DNA of 64,000 nucleotides, taken from Mobula hypostoma. Its lineage: Eukaryota. Every line of letters starts with the position of its first letter. The first letter of the stretch is position 1. Where the stretch lies: positions 107,262,001-107,326,000 of the forward strand of contig NC_086108.1 in assembly GCF_963921235.1 (NCBI RefSeq), given 5' to 3'. A program made the translations under genes and the position numbers. This document shows positions 1 to 13,040 of this stretch, in pieces. The notes beneath the pieces were generated by a model. That model ran no database searches. It was not told the origin of the DNA and saw only the letters and a list, made by a program, of their open reading frames with translations.

Positions 1-470
1 GGCACTTACACCACACATCAAGCAATTACAACTTGTACTTAAAGCAGCGAGGGGTACACACAAAGACAGACATTTCTTGCTGCTGGAAATCTATCAGCTC
101 AGTTCGTTTCTTTAGTATGTGCATCGTAACATGATTGTGATCCTTGCTGGATTCAGTCTGCAGCTGGGTCTTAGGTTCCCAGGCAACAGGTCAGGCATTT
201 GCCATTCTAATGCCAAGTTGGCCCTGACACTGCTTGGGCAGGTAGTCACAAGGAGTGTAGACAGAAAGTTCATCCGCTGTTTCCCATTCATTCAGCAGGC
301 TGTAACCTATCCAAAGGACACAGAAGAGGTTTACCAGGTTGCTGCCTGTGTTCTGGAGTTAGTTTATAGAGCAAAATATTAACTTCAGCAACTAATCTTC
401 AGATCTGAAAGTGGATTGTAGATTACATTTAAAATACAGCCCTGAACAATAGTTTTCCTGGAGCTGTGGA

Positions 471-3100
471 CATACATCTACTGAAGCCTCTGGGCACACC
501 TTCACTGATGTTCCTGGAATCATCGGGTGTTTTGGGTCTTTCAACATCATATCCCCTCCTCCAGGTGACCCAGCCGGGGCTGATCAGACCCCAGCTTGTG
601 TCCAGATGGCTAGCTACTTATGACTCCATGGCTCCCCTCTTCTGAGCCACAGCCATCTTGAGGCCCTCTCTGCCACATCGGTGGTACTGTGGATGGCTCT
701 CCTTTTCCTCTCTCCCTCGATGCCCAAAATGCTGAAGGCTCTAACTAAAGAACGGGCTACGAATCCCCTACAACCACCCTCCACTGGAAGACACCTCGCT
801 CTCCCTCCAGCCTGCTGACAGTTGCTGACCAGTCCTGCGTACTTGGAGAGCTTCCTTTCAAAGGCCTCTTCCAAGCTATCTTCCCATGGGACTGTCAGCT
901 CCAGCAGCACCACTTGCTTAGTAGACTCAGACACTAGGACAATGTCTGGTCGCAGGGTGGTGGCTGCGATATGGTTGGGGAACTTCAGCTGCCATTAGAG
1001 GTCCAGCAACAGCTGCCAGTCCCTTGCAGAGGTCAGGATGCCAGCAGATGTTCTTTTGGCAGGTATTGGCTGCTCCCCAGCTCTGACAAAGGCAATGGTC
1101 TGCTTGGGGGGTTGGGACTGCTTCACCCACTCAACTCCTGCACTGACAGCTTCAGTGATGGTCTTCAGGACCTGATCATGCCTCCACCTGTACCGTCCCT
1201 CACCAAGTGCCCTTGCACAGCCGCTGAGGATGTGCTCCAGGGTTCCTCGCTTGGAGCACAGTGGGCACGCAGATGACTCTGCCTTGCCCCATGTATGCAG
1301 GTTTGATGGGCTTGGAAGCACATCGTACACTGCCTGGATGAGAAATTGGATGCGGTGTGGTTCAGCTTTCCAAAGATCAGCCCAGGTCACTTTCCTCTCA
1401 ACCACGTTCTCCCATCTTGTCCAAGCTCCCTGTTGCTTCATTCCCACCGCCTTGCAGGCTCTCATCTCCTCCACTACTGCTCTCACCTCCTCCTGAACTA
1501 GACGACGCCTTTCCTTCCCTCTGTTGTCCATTTGGGGAGTTGGAAAGGATCCTAGCCCAGCTCGGCCTCTTGTGACCACTCCCACCAGCCTTCTGTGACG
1601 CAGCCTCGCCTCTGCCTCCTGAACAGCTTCCTCTGCCCTCCACTTCCTGCCAGTCCTTACTTGGATCCCTGCTCTAGCCACCTTCGGGTCACTTGAGTCC
1701 CTATACTGTAGCACTTCTCTGGCTCTTGTTACCTTGAATTCTTCCTCCAAGGATTTGAAGGGCAGTTGCAGTTTGTTGTGGTGTCCATAGAGTGCGATGG
1801 TGCTCAGGCTCTTTGGCAGCCCCAGCCATCTCCTGAGGTGGTTGCTGACCCTCCTCTCTAAGGTTTCGACTCTCAAGATCGGAACTGCATAGACAAGGAG
1901 GGGCCACAAGATTCGGGGAAGAATGCCATGAACTTTGTGGGTAGGCCAGACTTGTCCACTGATTTCAGCCAGCCACCCAACTCGGTGCAGGTTGCCTGAG
2001 TGGATGTCGTGTCCCTTAAAGAGCTGTCAAAAACTAAGCTCTTGACTGGCTTTTCTGTGATGGCTGGGATGGCTGTGCCTGCGATGCTGAACCGGAACTT
2101 GTTCTCCACCTTCCCCTTCCTCAGCACCATTGATCTTGATTTGGCAGCTTTGAAACGCATCCGGGCCCACTCCACCAGCTTTTCGAGCCCTTGCAGAATC
2201 CTCCGGCAGCCTGGGACTGATTCTGTGGTGACTGTGAGGTCATCCATGAATGCCCTGATAGGTGGTTGCCATTGAGCTGAATTCATTCTGGGCCCTTTGC
2301 ACTCTGGTTCAGCAGACTTAGTGAGCATGTTCATGGCTAGGGAGAACAGTGTCACTGAGATAGTGCACCCTGTGATGATGCCGACCTCCACCTTGTGCCA
2401 GGTTGATGTAATTGCTCCTGAAGAGACCCTCATCCAGAAGTTGCTGTAATAATCAGCGATAAGGTCTCTGATTCTGCTGGGGACGTGATATTTGGTCAGT
2501 GTGAGCTGCACCAGCTTGTGCGGAATGGAGCCATATGCATTTGCCAGGTCGAGCCACAACACTGACAGGTTGCCCTTGTTCTCTCTGGCCTCCCTGATGA
2601 GCTGTGTCACCACACCAGTACGCTCCAAACAGCCCGGCATCCCTGAAATGCCACCCTTCTGGACTGATGTATCAATATAGATGTTCTTTGCTAGGTAGGT
2701 GCACAGCTGGTTAGAAACAGCACTGAAGAAGATCTTCACCTCGACACACAGCAGAGAGACGATGCGAGACTGATCTATCTGGGTGGCATTTTCCTCCTTC
2801 GGGATCCACACCCCTTCAGCCTCTCTCCACTGTTCTGGGATCTTCCCCCTTCTCCAGAAGATTCTCAGGATCTTCCACAGACGCAGCAGGAGTTTGGGGC
2901 AGTCCTTGTACACTTTGTATGAGGTGTTGCTTGGTCCTGGAGCCGAGCTTGCCCTTGCTTTGCGGACAACCTCTCTGACTTCCTTTAGTTGCAGCTCTGA
3001 CATGTCGAACTGCACATCCGGTTCAGGTGGGTCTATTAGGGTGTCGCACTCTCCCAACTCCTGCTCTCTTTCAGGATCATTATATATCTTCTTCAGATGG
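471..3100 (-). mobile_element. HERO-clade non-LTR retrotransposon (RT + CCHC knuckle + restriction-like endonuclease), 5'-truncated, ORF broken in three
   Basis: ORFs 1873..3132, 995..1909 and 614..934 read in order. RT motifs: SAPGP, QKGG, WLDLANAYGSIPH, GIITGCTIS, FMDD. Zinc knuckle CPLC..LEHILSGC, then RHDQV, RPDIVLVSESTKQVVLLELTVPWE and terminal EPWSHK*. About 140 bp of 3'UTR follows. Confidence 0.9.
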
Positions 3101-3102
3101 GG

Positions 3103-3277
3103 CTGCAGATGTTGGAAATCCGAGCAACGCACACAAAATGCTGGAGGAACAGTGGGCCAGGCAGCATCTAGGAAAAGAGTACAGTCAATGTTTCAGGCTG
3201 AAATGTCGACTGTACTCTTTTCCTCGATGCTGCCTGGCCTGCTGAGTTCCTCCAGCATTTTGTATGTGTTGCTTGGA
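3103..3277. mobile_element. Palindromic Penelope-derived terminal module (two inverted arms)
   Basis: acacaaaatgctggaggaac...gcagcatctaggaaaagagtacagtc is followed by its reverse complement gactgtactcttttcc...gttcctccagcattttgtatgtgt. Confidence 0.8.
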
Positions 3278-3324
3278 GTGCTATGTAGGAGGGAAGGATT
3301 AGATTGATATTTATTTATTTATTT

Positions 3325-3592
3325 ATTGAGATACAACATTTCATAGACTCTTCTGGCCCTTTGAGTCGTGCTGCCCAGCAAGTACCTGATTTAATCCTAA
3401 CCCTGTCTAGAGACAATCTACACTAAACTACTAATCAATTAACTACTAACTGATACGTCTTTAGACCATGGAAGAGACTAGAGAACCTGTAGGAAACCCA
3501 CACAATCACAGGGAGAACGTACAAACTTCTTACAGGCAGTGGGGGGAATTGAACCTGGGTTGCTGGTACTGTAAAGCATTGTGCTAACCACA
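3325..3592 (-). mobile_element. V-SINE/HE1-like tRNA-derived SINE
   Basis: Reverse strand reads tRNA head (ggttcaattcc) then V-domain gtttgtacgttctccctgtgattgtgtgggtttcc. Related copies at ~26620-26850 (+), ~42060-42210 (-) and ~62745-62995 (+). Confidence 0.75.
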
Positions 3593-4384
3593 TGCTTGGA
3601 GTAGGTTAAAAGTTCAGCACAACATTGTTGTCCAAAGGGTCTGTGCTGTGCTGTACTGTTCTATGTTCGACATTCAAACTCTACTATGCTTAGAAAAGGA
3701 CTGTCCGCAACTAAGTGATGGTGACCAGCACACTGCAAGGAGTAGGAATGCTGACCACAAGTTACACTTGAGCGAAAGTGACCTATCCCAAGGACCCAAG
3801 AGAAGACTACCAGACAATGTCCTCTCCACAACTCCTCTGTGTACATTTTTTGAAAGGACACAGCCTATGTGGGGCATTGCGAACAGAAATGTAATTCGTC
3901 CATTTATGAAAGCAGAAGAATCTCCCAGCTCCTCATATCATTCCTACTCTTTACTCACTCTCCCACCTACCTGCTTTCCCCCTTCATCTCGAGTCACCAA
4001 TTACCCACTAGCTCATTCTTCACTTCCACCCCCACACCACCCTTTTGCTCTAGATTCTGACCCCTTCTTTTCCAGTCCTCGGCTTGAGTTTTCATAAGTG
4101 GACTAGGGATGCTGGAAATCTGGAACAAAACCTAAAGGATGCTGGAGGAACTCACAAGGTCAGTCTCTACCTCTTTCCCTTTATTCCATGGTCCACTGTC
4201 CTCTCAATTCTTTCTTCAGCCTTTTGTCTATCCACCTATCACCTCCCAGCATCTCACATCCCACTTTTCCCACTCCCCAGCCTGCCTACCTTCCCCTTTC
4301 ATCTAGAATCATGACTCACCCGTCAGCTCATTCTTCAAACCCACCCCATACTCTTTTGTTCTGGATTCTGTCCTCTTCTTGAGG

Positions 4385-4682
4385 GACATTGCCTCCAGAT
4401 TCAGGGGAGAAGATTTAGGACGGAGATGAGGAGAAATTGTTTTTCCCAGAGAGTCGTGAATCTGTGGAATTCTCTGCCCAGGGAAGCATTTGAGGCTTCT
4501 TCACTAAATATATTTAAAAAACAGTTAGATAGGTTTTTACATAGTAAGGGAATTAAGGGTTATGGAGAAAAGGCAGGTAGATGGAGCTGAGTTTACGGAC
4601 AGATCAGCCATGATCTTATTGAATGGCGGGGCAGGCTCGATGGGCCGGATGGCCGACTCCTGCTCCTATTTCTTATGTTCCT
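4385..4682 (+). mobile_element. CR1 LINE 3' fragment
   Basis: RT C-terminus (RTEMRRNCFSQRVVNLWNSLP) and the shared 3'UTR (gatcagccatgatc...tcctgctcctat). Confidence 0.85.
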
Positions 4683-5013
4683 ATATTATGTTGTTCTGTC
4701 AAGGTGGTCGCTGGCAGGACTGGACTCAGGCGCTGAGGATGGCAGACCCTGCGTGTGCGCATGTAATTCTCTAATTAAACTATGACTAATACAACCAGTT
4801 GGGATACTCTCCATTGTGCATCTATAGAAGTTTGTCAAAAGTTTTCATGACATGCAGAATCTACACAAACTTCAAACAAAGTAGAGGCCTTATGCTTCCA
4901 TATACATGTGACAAATAAAGCTATTCTTATATACTCAGTGCCCTGATTAAAAGCTAATGTTGTAAACAGCTTTGCGCTATGTTGCCTACCTGTGGCGTTG
5001 CTTTCAAGAAATA

Positions 5014-5812
5014 CACTGGACAACAAAAAATTTGCTTTCTTAGTACTTTTGGGTATATCTTATGAATTTTGGGCTGCTGACCATGAAAATCACCGTGAAG
5101 TTTCCCTATCTCAGACTTTTTTTGAAATCACCCATATTTGTTATTTCAATTCATAATTCAAGTCAGAATAACTGATGCCAAGATTAAGGAAGGCATTTTT
5201 GTTGATCCGCAAATCAAACAGGTCATCAATGACAGGCAATTCGAAGAACTTCAAGTGGGACTGGAGAAAATCGCATGGAAGGTATTCAAGGATGGTGTTG
5301 AAAATTTTTCTTGGCAATTTCAAAGCACCAAGCTACATGCAGCTGGTTGACAACATGTTCCAAGCATACAAAACCATGAAGAGCAATGCATCATTAAAGA
5401 ATAATTTTGTGCATTTCTGTTTAGACTGCTTCCCTCCAAATCTGGGTGCTGTCAATAACAAGCATGATGAAAGGTTTCACCAGGTCATTACAGTCACAGA
5501 GAAACGGTATCAGGGCAACTGAAGTCCATCAATGCCGGCTGATTGTTGTTGGACACTTAAGCAAGAAACCTGAGACACCGAGAACAAATGAAAATTATGA
5601 ACAAAACACTTTGAACTATTGCACAGTATCAGCACCATTATGCAATTAAACACATTACATTCAGTAAAAGTTAATTTCTTGTTTCTCCAAATTCCTATGT
5701 GATACAAGTAGCCTGAAATTATATTTGTGTGTTCAGCATCAAGTAGTCTATCATAAAGAAAAAGAATTTCTGAGGAAGTAACACTTTCAAATAAACTTCT
5801 TGTTGAGAGGTA
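5014..5812 (+). mobile_element. Internally deleted Chapaev3-like (CMC) DNA transposon
   Basis: Starts CACTGGACAACA. Transposase remnant DAKIKEGIFVDPQIK...FLGNFKA...FPPNLGAVNNKHDERFHQVI..EKRYQGN. Right TIR decayed. Inverted homolog at 40329-41132. Confidence 0.75.
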
Positions 5813-6359
5813 TTGATGCTTTCAATGCCTCATCTTTTATACCTTCACTGAGAGTCACTGTTCAAAAGGCAACCCACTGGAGGAGCTCAAGCCATATCTG
5901 ATAGGGGAATGGAATTTAAAATGCTTTGGGTCAATGGGACCGAGAGTGCAGAGGGAAGTTGGCTAGTATAAAGAGGTGAGGAAAAGGTGAGAGGGTGAGA
6001 CAGTGGTTAGTAGGGTACTCAGGAGAGTATTGAACTCGCTGGAGGAGAAGGAGGAGAGTTGGAGTTAGGAGACAAATGCAGGTGGGTGATAGGTGGAGGC
6101 AAACAAGAGAACAAAAAGGCAGCTGTGGCCAGGAACTCTGCCATCTTTTCTCCAACAGCTAGTGCAGGGACAGTAATTTAGTTCAAATCCATTTCTTCTC
6201 CCAGCCATTTGCAACCACAATCCCACTTTCCAACGATCAGAATCAGATTTAATATCACTGACATGACATATGCCATGACAGTTGATGTATTGTGGCAGCA
6301 GTACATTGTAGGCATAACAAATGACTATAAATTACAATAAAATAGTGTAATAGGTAAAC

Positions 6360-6497
6360 AGAGAGACAGCCAGATATATAGACAGATAGATAGATAGGTA
6401 GACAGATAAATAGATAGATAGACAGATAGACAGACAGATAGATAGACAGACAGACAGATAGATAGATACATACAAACATACATACATACACACACAG
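6360..6497. repeat. Compound (GATA/GACA)n-(CATA)n microsatellite
   Basis: Visible tetranucleotide tandem array. Confidence 0.95.
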
Positions 6498-6519
6498 ACC
6501 ATGTTGTACAAACATGGAA

Positions 6520-7100
6520 CATGAGACCATAAGACACAGGAGCAGAATTAGGCCATCTGGCCCATCGAGTCTGCTCTGCCATTCAATCACGGCTGATTCA
6601 TTTTTCTTCTCCTCCTCAACCCCAGTTCCTGGCCTTACTCCCCATAACCTTTGATGCCATATCCAATCAAGAACCTATCAATCTCTGCCTTAAATACACC
6701 CAATGACCTGGCCTCCACAGCTGCATGTGGTAACAAATTCCACAAATTCACCACCCTTTGGCTAAAGAAATTTCTCCACATCTCTGTTTTGAAAGGGCGC
6801 CCTCTATCCTGAGGTTGTGCCCTCTTGTCCTAGACTCTCCCACCATGGGAAACATCCTTTTCACATTTACTCTGTCTAAGCCTTTCAACATACAAAAGGT
6901 TTCAATAAGATCCCCCCTCATCCTTCTGAATTTGAGTGAGTACAGACCCAGAGCTATCAAACGTTCCTCGTATGATAACCCTTTCACTCCTGGAATCATC
7001 CTTGTGAATCTCCTCTGGATCCTCCTCAATACCAACACATCTTTTCTAAAATGAGGGGCCCAAAACTGTTCACAATACTCAAGATGAGGCCTTACCAGTG
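6520..7100 (-). mobile_element. CR1 LINE 3' fragment
   Basis: ORF 6748..7038 (QRRFTRMIPG..LSYEERL..LGLYSL..RRMRGDLIE) and CR1 3'UTR. Confidence 0.9.
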
Positions 7101-7159
7101 CACAAGAGTAGGAGTCTCAGGGACTAGAAAACTAAACATCCCAGCACTCCCCTTTTCAA

Positions 7160-8160
7160 ATGTAAAGGGAGAGTACACTGTTAAAGGCAAAACCCTCAAC
7201 AATGTTGATGAGCAGAGGGATCTTGGGATCTGAGTTCATAGCTCCCGGAAAGTGGGTACACAGGTTGATAGGGAGGTTAAGAAGGCATATGGCATGCTTG
7301 TCTTTATTAGCTGAGGCGTTAAGTTCAAAAGTCAGGAAGTTATGTTGCTACTCAGAGGGTGGAAAATCTGTGGAATTTGTTGCCACAAGTGGCTTTGGAG
7401 GCCTTGTCGTTGGGTGTACTTAAGGCAGAGATAGACAGGTTCTTAATTAGCCAGGGCATCAAAGGGTATGCGGAGAGGCAGGGGAGTGGGGATGACTGGA
7501 AGAATTGGATCAGCCCATGATTGAATAGTGGAGCAGACTCAATGGGCTGAATGGCCTGCCTCTGCTCCTATATCTTATGTTCTTATGGTCTAACTTCATA
7601 AAACTCTAGTTAGGCCACACCTGGAGTATTACATACAGTTCTGCTCATCCCATTATAAGAAGGATGTCAAAGATTACAGAGTGTGCAGAAGAGGTTTACC
7701 AGGATGTTGTCTGGGTTAAAAGGTTTTTGCTACAACAAGAGGTTTAAGAAACTTGGGTTGTTTTCTCTAAAATGATGGAAAAGGAGGGGAGATCTGTTAG
7801 AAGTTTGTAAGATTATGAGAGATAAAGATGGAGTAGACAGTATCTTTTTCCAGGGCTGAAATGTATGATACTAGAGATCATGAATTTAAGGTCAGAGGGG
7901 GTAATTTCAAAGGAGATGTGAGGGGCAAATTTTTATATACAGAGAGTGTTGGGTGCCTGGGGTGGTGGTTGAGGCAAATACATTAGGGACTTTTAAGAGA
8001 CACTTAGATAGGCACATGAATGTGAGGAAAATGGTGGGATATGGACATTGTATAAACAGAAGAGATTAGATTAGCTGGCCGTTTGATTACTGATTTACTT
8101 GCTCCAGCACAACACTGTGGGTCGAAGGGTCTGTTCCTCTGTGGTACTGTTCTATGTTCA
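7160..8160 (+). mobile_element. Degenerate CR1 3' region with a second CR1 3' end nested at ~7350-7590
   Basis: Codons resembling EQRDLG and LVRPHLEYC. Two different 3'UTRs. Ends in a (ttctatg) tail. Confidence 0.75.
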
Positions 8161-8574
8161 AAGCAGCACAGAGGTCCAGTGATGCAACATTTGTTGAGAT
8201 GAACTTCTCAACATAAAGGATTAAAACCTGGGGCTGTGCATTTGTAGGAACAATCTGCCAACTGCACAGACTCAACAAATTCCACATTTTAAGTCAGAAT
8301 CTTTTATAATCCATTAATCATTTCAGTGCATCTTTCATATACATCCTGCTTTCATGTCACAAATGTATAATTCAAATAGCCATCCATAATATATTAAAAC
8401 CCTATGACTGCACATATTTCTTGCCAGCTTTCTCCCATTATAAAAGGGTTGTGTTCGGAAACTGGTCATCTTGTAATAAGGGTGAGGTAACATCTGGGAA
8501 CTGCAGCTGTTAGGTGACGTTGAATCTTCTCAAGACATTAACTCCACCAATGGACACGCAGCCCTGAAAGTTCA

Positions 8575-9660
8575 AAGCTCAAAGTAAATTTTATATCAAA
8601 GTACGAAAATGTCAGCATACACTACCCTGAGATTCAATTTCTTGTGGGCATCTACAGTAGAAGAAAGAAATGCAATAGAATCAATGAAATACTATAGATA
8701 TGGACCGACAAACAACTAACGTGCAAAAGAAGACAAACTGCAAATACACAAAGTGTATAAATAAATAAATAAATAAATCATAAATGTGAGAAAATCTGCA
8801 GATGCTGGAAATTCAAAACAACACACTCAAAATGCTGGACGAAATCAGTAGTTCAGGCAGCATTTATAGAAATGAATAGATAGGTGATGTTTCAGGCTGA
8901 GATCCTTCTTCAGCACGAGAAGGAACAGGAAGGATGCCTGAACAAGAAGGTGGGGGGTGAAGCAGGAGGTTAGCTAGAAGGTGATAGCTGAAGACAGGTG
9001 GGGGCGGAAGGGGGAAGGTCAAGGGCTGGAGAAGTCAGTTGTAGAGTTGTGGAATCAGTTTAGTATTGAGTTGAGTGTAGTTATCCATGCTGGTTCAAGA
9101 GTCTGATAGTTAAAAGATAATAACTCTTCCTGAACGTGGTGATGTGGGACCTGAGGCTCTTGTACCTCCTTCCTGATGACAGCAGCAAGCAGAGTGCATG
9201 GTGTGGATGGTAGGGGTCCATGATGATGAATGCTGTTTTCTTGTGGCAATACTCCTTGAAGATGTGCTCAATGGTGGGGATAGTCTTCCTGTGATGGACC
9301 CTCTGTTTTGTAGGCTTTTCTATTCCTGGACATCAGTATTTCCATACCAGGCCATGATGCAATCAGTCAGGATACGCTCCACCGTGCATCTGTCATGTAT
9401 CGATGTGCTTACGCATTTACCAAAGCTGTAGCTGACATATCAGCTCTGCGCAAACTTCTAAGATGTTGATGCACTATCATGCATTCTTTGAAGTGGCTCG
9501 AAGTCAGATTCCCTGAAACAATAACACTGAGGAACTTAACTTTCTGACCTTCTCTACTTCTGATGCCCTGATGAGAAATGTCTCATGGAACTCCAGTTTC
9601 TTGCTCCTGTAGTCAATGATCTGCTCCTTGATCTTGTTGACATTGAGTAAGAGGTTGTTG
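8575..9660 (-). mobile_element. Rex1-like LINE 3' fragment interrupted by a Penelope module (~8785-9035)
   Basis: Reverse strand has NNLLLNVNKIKE..IDYR and LLSSGKRYKSL motifs and the 3' tail shared with other Rex1 copies. Confidence 0.7.
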
Positions 9661-10349
9661 TTGATTGCATCTGGAGTTCTGCTCTTGCTAATGTCACCCA
9701 TGGTGGTCAGGTCAAAGGAAACTTTGAAGACCAAATAGCACTCCAACCAAAACCTCAACGGTAAGGCTGACAGAAGGTGATGGCGCATCACAACGGCAGT
9801 GAAGGTGGAGGAAGGCTGCAACAGTGAAGGGTCCACAGTCGTTTCGCTTTCAATGGACCCCGACCAGTGGCACGGGCATTCTACATCAAAGGAATCCATC
9901 CCAAAATCTCAGATAGGTGAATCCTGGATTGCCCTCTACAGCCACCGGAGGATCCACCAATAGACAGCACTTTTGCAGGACTTAACACTCTACTCAAGGG
10001 TTCACACTACCTCTGCTAGAATCTGGTGTGAGATGATGAGGCAATGAGTGGAATAAAGTGGGATTTGGGATTAGTGTAAATGAGTGGTGGTTGGTCAATA
10101 CAGACTCGTTGCACCGAATGTCATGTTCCTTTACTGTCTGATTCACCAACTTGGTGACCTGCAGAGCAATAATGGCAACCCTGGGACTGAAGTTCTGTTG
10201 TCAAGGAAAATGGAGACCCATGTTGTCTTCTGCAGTGTTCAGATCTTTGCTAACTCTTCAGGTATTGAAACAGCTTGTGTTTGCATGTTAAAAATCCAGG
10301 AGGTATACTGGCATAGACAGCTGCAGGAAATGTTACAGTCATCTCACAT

Positions 10350-10555
10350 AAGCAACACACACATAATGCTGGAGAAACTCAGCAGGTCACGCATCACCTA
10401 TAGAAAGGAATAAACAATCAGCGTTTCAGGGGGACGGGGTGAGCCCTCTAGGAAGTCTGAGGTAGGGTCTCGGCCCAAAACATCAACTGTTTAATCTTTT
10501 CCATAGATGCTGCCTGACCTGCTGAGTTCCTCCAGCATTTTGTGTGTGTGAGTTG
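10350..10555. mobile_element. Palindromic Penelope-derived module with degenerate hammerhead core
   Basis: Inverted arms (atgctggagaaactcagcagg / cctgctgagttcctccagcat) flank tctgaggtagggtctcggcccaaaacatcaactg. Confidence 0.75.
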
Positions 10556-10937
10556 CTTATATGAGATGACTGTAACATTTGTCTGTGTCAGCATCTGCAA
10601 TATCTCTTGTGTTTATCATCTCACATCAGTGCTAGGCAATGGCCCTACCAGAGTCAATAAGAATATAGTTTTTCTGCACAGAGAGTGGTGGGTGTGTGGA
10701 ATGGGCTGCCGGCGACAGTGGTTGAGGTGGATACGATATGGTATTTTAAGAGATTCTAAAGTAAGGACATGTTTGGCACAGCTTTGTGGGCCGAAGGGCC
10801 TGTGTTGTGCTGTAGGTTTTCTATGTTTCTATATTCTATAAGTCATAGGAGCAGAATGACAGGAATGAAAGGGTTCAGGAATGAAAGGGTTATCGTACGA
10901 AGAAAGTTTGATGGCTTCTGGGTCTGTATTCGCTGGA

Positions 10938-13040
10938 CTGCAGCACCAGTAGTGAGGACCAAGAAGGTATGGACAAGGGAAGCACAGGAGCGCCTACAGG
11001 ACTGCTTTGAATCGGTGGACTGGACTGTATTCAGTGATACATCTTCGAACCTGGATGAGTATGCTGCAGTTGTTACCAACTTCATTAAAACCTATGTGGA
11101 TGAGTGTGTGCCCACAAAGACTTACTGTACATTCCCAAACCAAAAGCCATGGATAAACCAGGAGGTACGTCATCTGCTGGAGGCTAGATCTGTGGCATTC
11201 AAGTCTGGCAATCCAGGCTTCTACCAGAAAACCAGGTATGATTTGTGGTGGGCTATTTCAAGGGCAAAGAGACAATTTCAAATGAGGTTGGAGGCAACAT
11301 CGGGTGCACAACAACTCTGATATTACTTCCTACAAAATGAAACCCAATCGCATGAATGGCAGTAGCACTTCACTACCAGATGAACTCAATGCCTTCTATG
11401 CTTTGAAAGGGAGAACACAACTACACCTCTGAAGATGCCTGCTGCACCTGATGACTCTGTGATCTTTGTCTCAGAGGCCCATGTTAGACTGTCTTTAAAT
11501 AGAGTGAACCCTCGCAAGGCAGAAGGTCCCGATGGAGTACCTGGTAAGGCTCTGAAAACCTGTGCCAACCAACTAGCAGGAGTATTCAAGGATATTTTCA
11601 ACCTCTCACTGCTTTGGGCGAAAGTTCCCAGTTGCTTCAAAAAGGCAACAATTATACCAGTGCCTAAAAAGAATAATGTGGGCTGCCTTAATGACCATTG
11701 CCCGATAGCACCCACATCATCTGTGATTAAATGCTTTGAGAGGTTGGGTATGACTAGACTGAACTCCTGCCTCAGCAAGGACCTGGACCCACTGTAATTT
11801 GCCCATCGTCACAATAGGTCAATGGCAGATGCAATCTCAATGGCTCTCCAAACGGCTTTAGAACTTCTGGACAACACAAACACCTACTATAGCTCAGCAT
11901 TTAATATCATCATTCCCACAATCCTGATTGAGAAGTTGCAGAACCTGGGCCTCTGTACTTCCCTCTGAAATTGGATCCTCAACTTCCTAACTGGAAGACC
12001 ATAATCTGTGCAGCTCGGTGATAACATCTCCTCGCTGATGTTCAACACTGGTGCACCTCAGGGGTGTGTGCTTAGTCCACTGCTCTACTCTCTCTATACA
12101 CATGACTCTGTGGCTAGGCATAACTCAAATACCATCTATAAATTTGCTGACAATACAACCACTGCTGGTAGAATCTCAGGTGGTGACAAGAGGGCATACA
12201 AGAGTGAGATATGCCAACTAGTGGAGTGGTGTCGCAGCAACAACCTGGCACTCAACATCAGTAAGACAAAAAAGTTGATTGTGGACTTCAGGAAGAGTAA
12301 GAAGAAGGAAAACATACCAATCCTCATAGAGGGATCAGAAGTGGAAAGAGTGAGTAGCTTCAAGTTCCTGGTGTCAAGATCTCTGAGGATCTAACCTGGT
12401 TCCAACATATTGATGTAGTTATAAAGAAGGCAAGACAGTGGCTATACTTTTTTTTAGCAGCTTGAAGAGATTTGCCATGTCAACAAATACACTCTAAAAC
12501 TTCTATAGTTGTACTCTGGAGAGTATGCTGACAGGCTGCTTCACTGTCTGGTACGAAGGGGCTACTGCACAGGACCAAAAGAAGCTGCAGAAGGTTGTAA
12601 ATCTAGTCAGCTCCATCTTGGGCACTAGCCTACAAAGTACCAGTACATCTTCAGGGAGTGGTGTCTCAGAAAGGCAGTGTCCATTATTAAGGACCTCCAG
12701 CACCCAGGGCATGCCCTTTTCACACTGTTACCATCAGGTAGGAGATACAGAAGCCTGAAGGCACACACTCAGCAATTTACGAACAGCTCCTTCCCCTCTG
12801 CCATCTGATTCCTAAATAGACATTGAATCTTTGGACACTACCTCACTTTTTTTTTAATATACAGTATTTCTGTTTTTGCACATTTTTAAAATCTATTCAA
12901 TGTACGTAATTGATTTACTTGTTTATTTATTATTATTTTTTTAATATTTTTTCGCTGCTAGATTACGTATTGCATTGAATTGCTGCTGCTAAGTTAACAA
13001 ATTTCACGTCACATACCGGCGATAATAAACCTGATTCTGA
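10938..13040 (+). mobile_element. Rex1/Babar-type LINE, 5'-truncated and frameshifted, inserted into a CR1 (10850-13450)
   Basis: ORF pieces WTREAQERLQDCFESVDW, FPNQKPW, KAEGPDGVPG, IIPVPKK, GAPQGCVLSPLLYSLYT, KFAD. Tail gataataaacctgattctga. The CR1 sequence ctgtattcgctgga|attcagaag is split by the insert. Confidence 0.9.

Noticed and set aside
119..382. 87-aa ORF in unique sequence
   Set aside because: No recognisable motif or splice context; the length is compatible with chance.
3101..3132. Start codon of the 419-aa HERO ORF
   Set aside because: The first residues come from the adjacent Penelope module; the HERO element is 5'-truncated.
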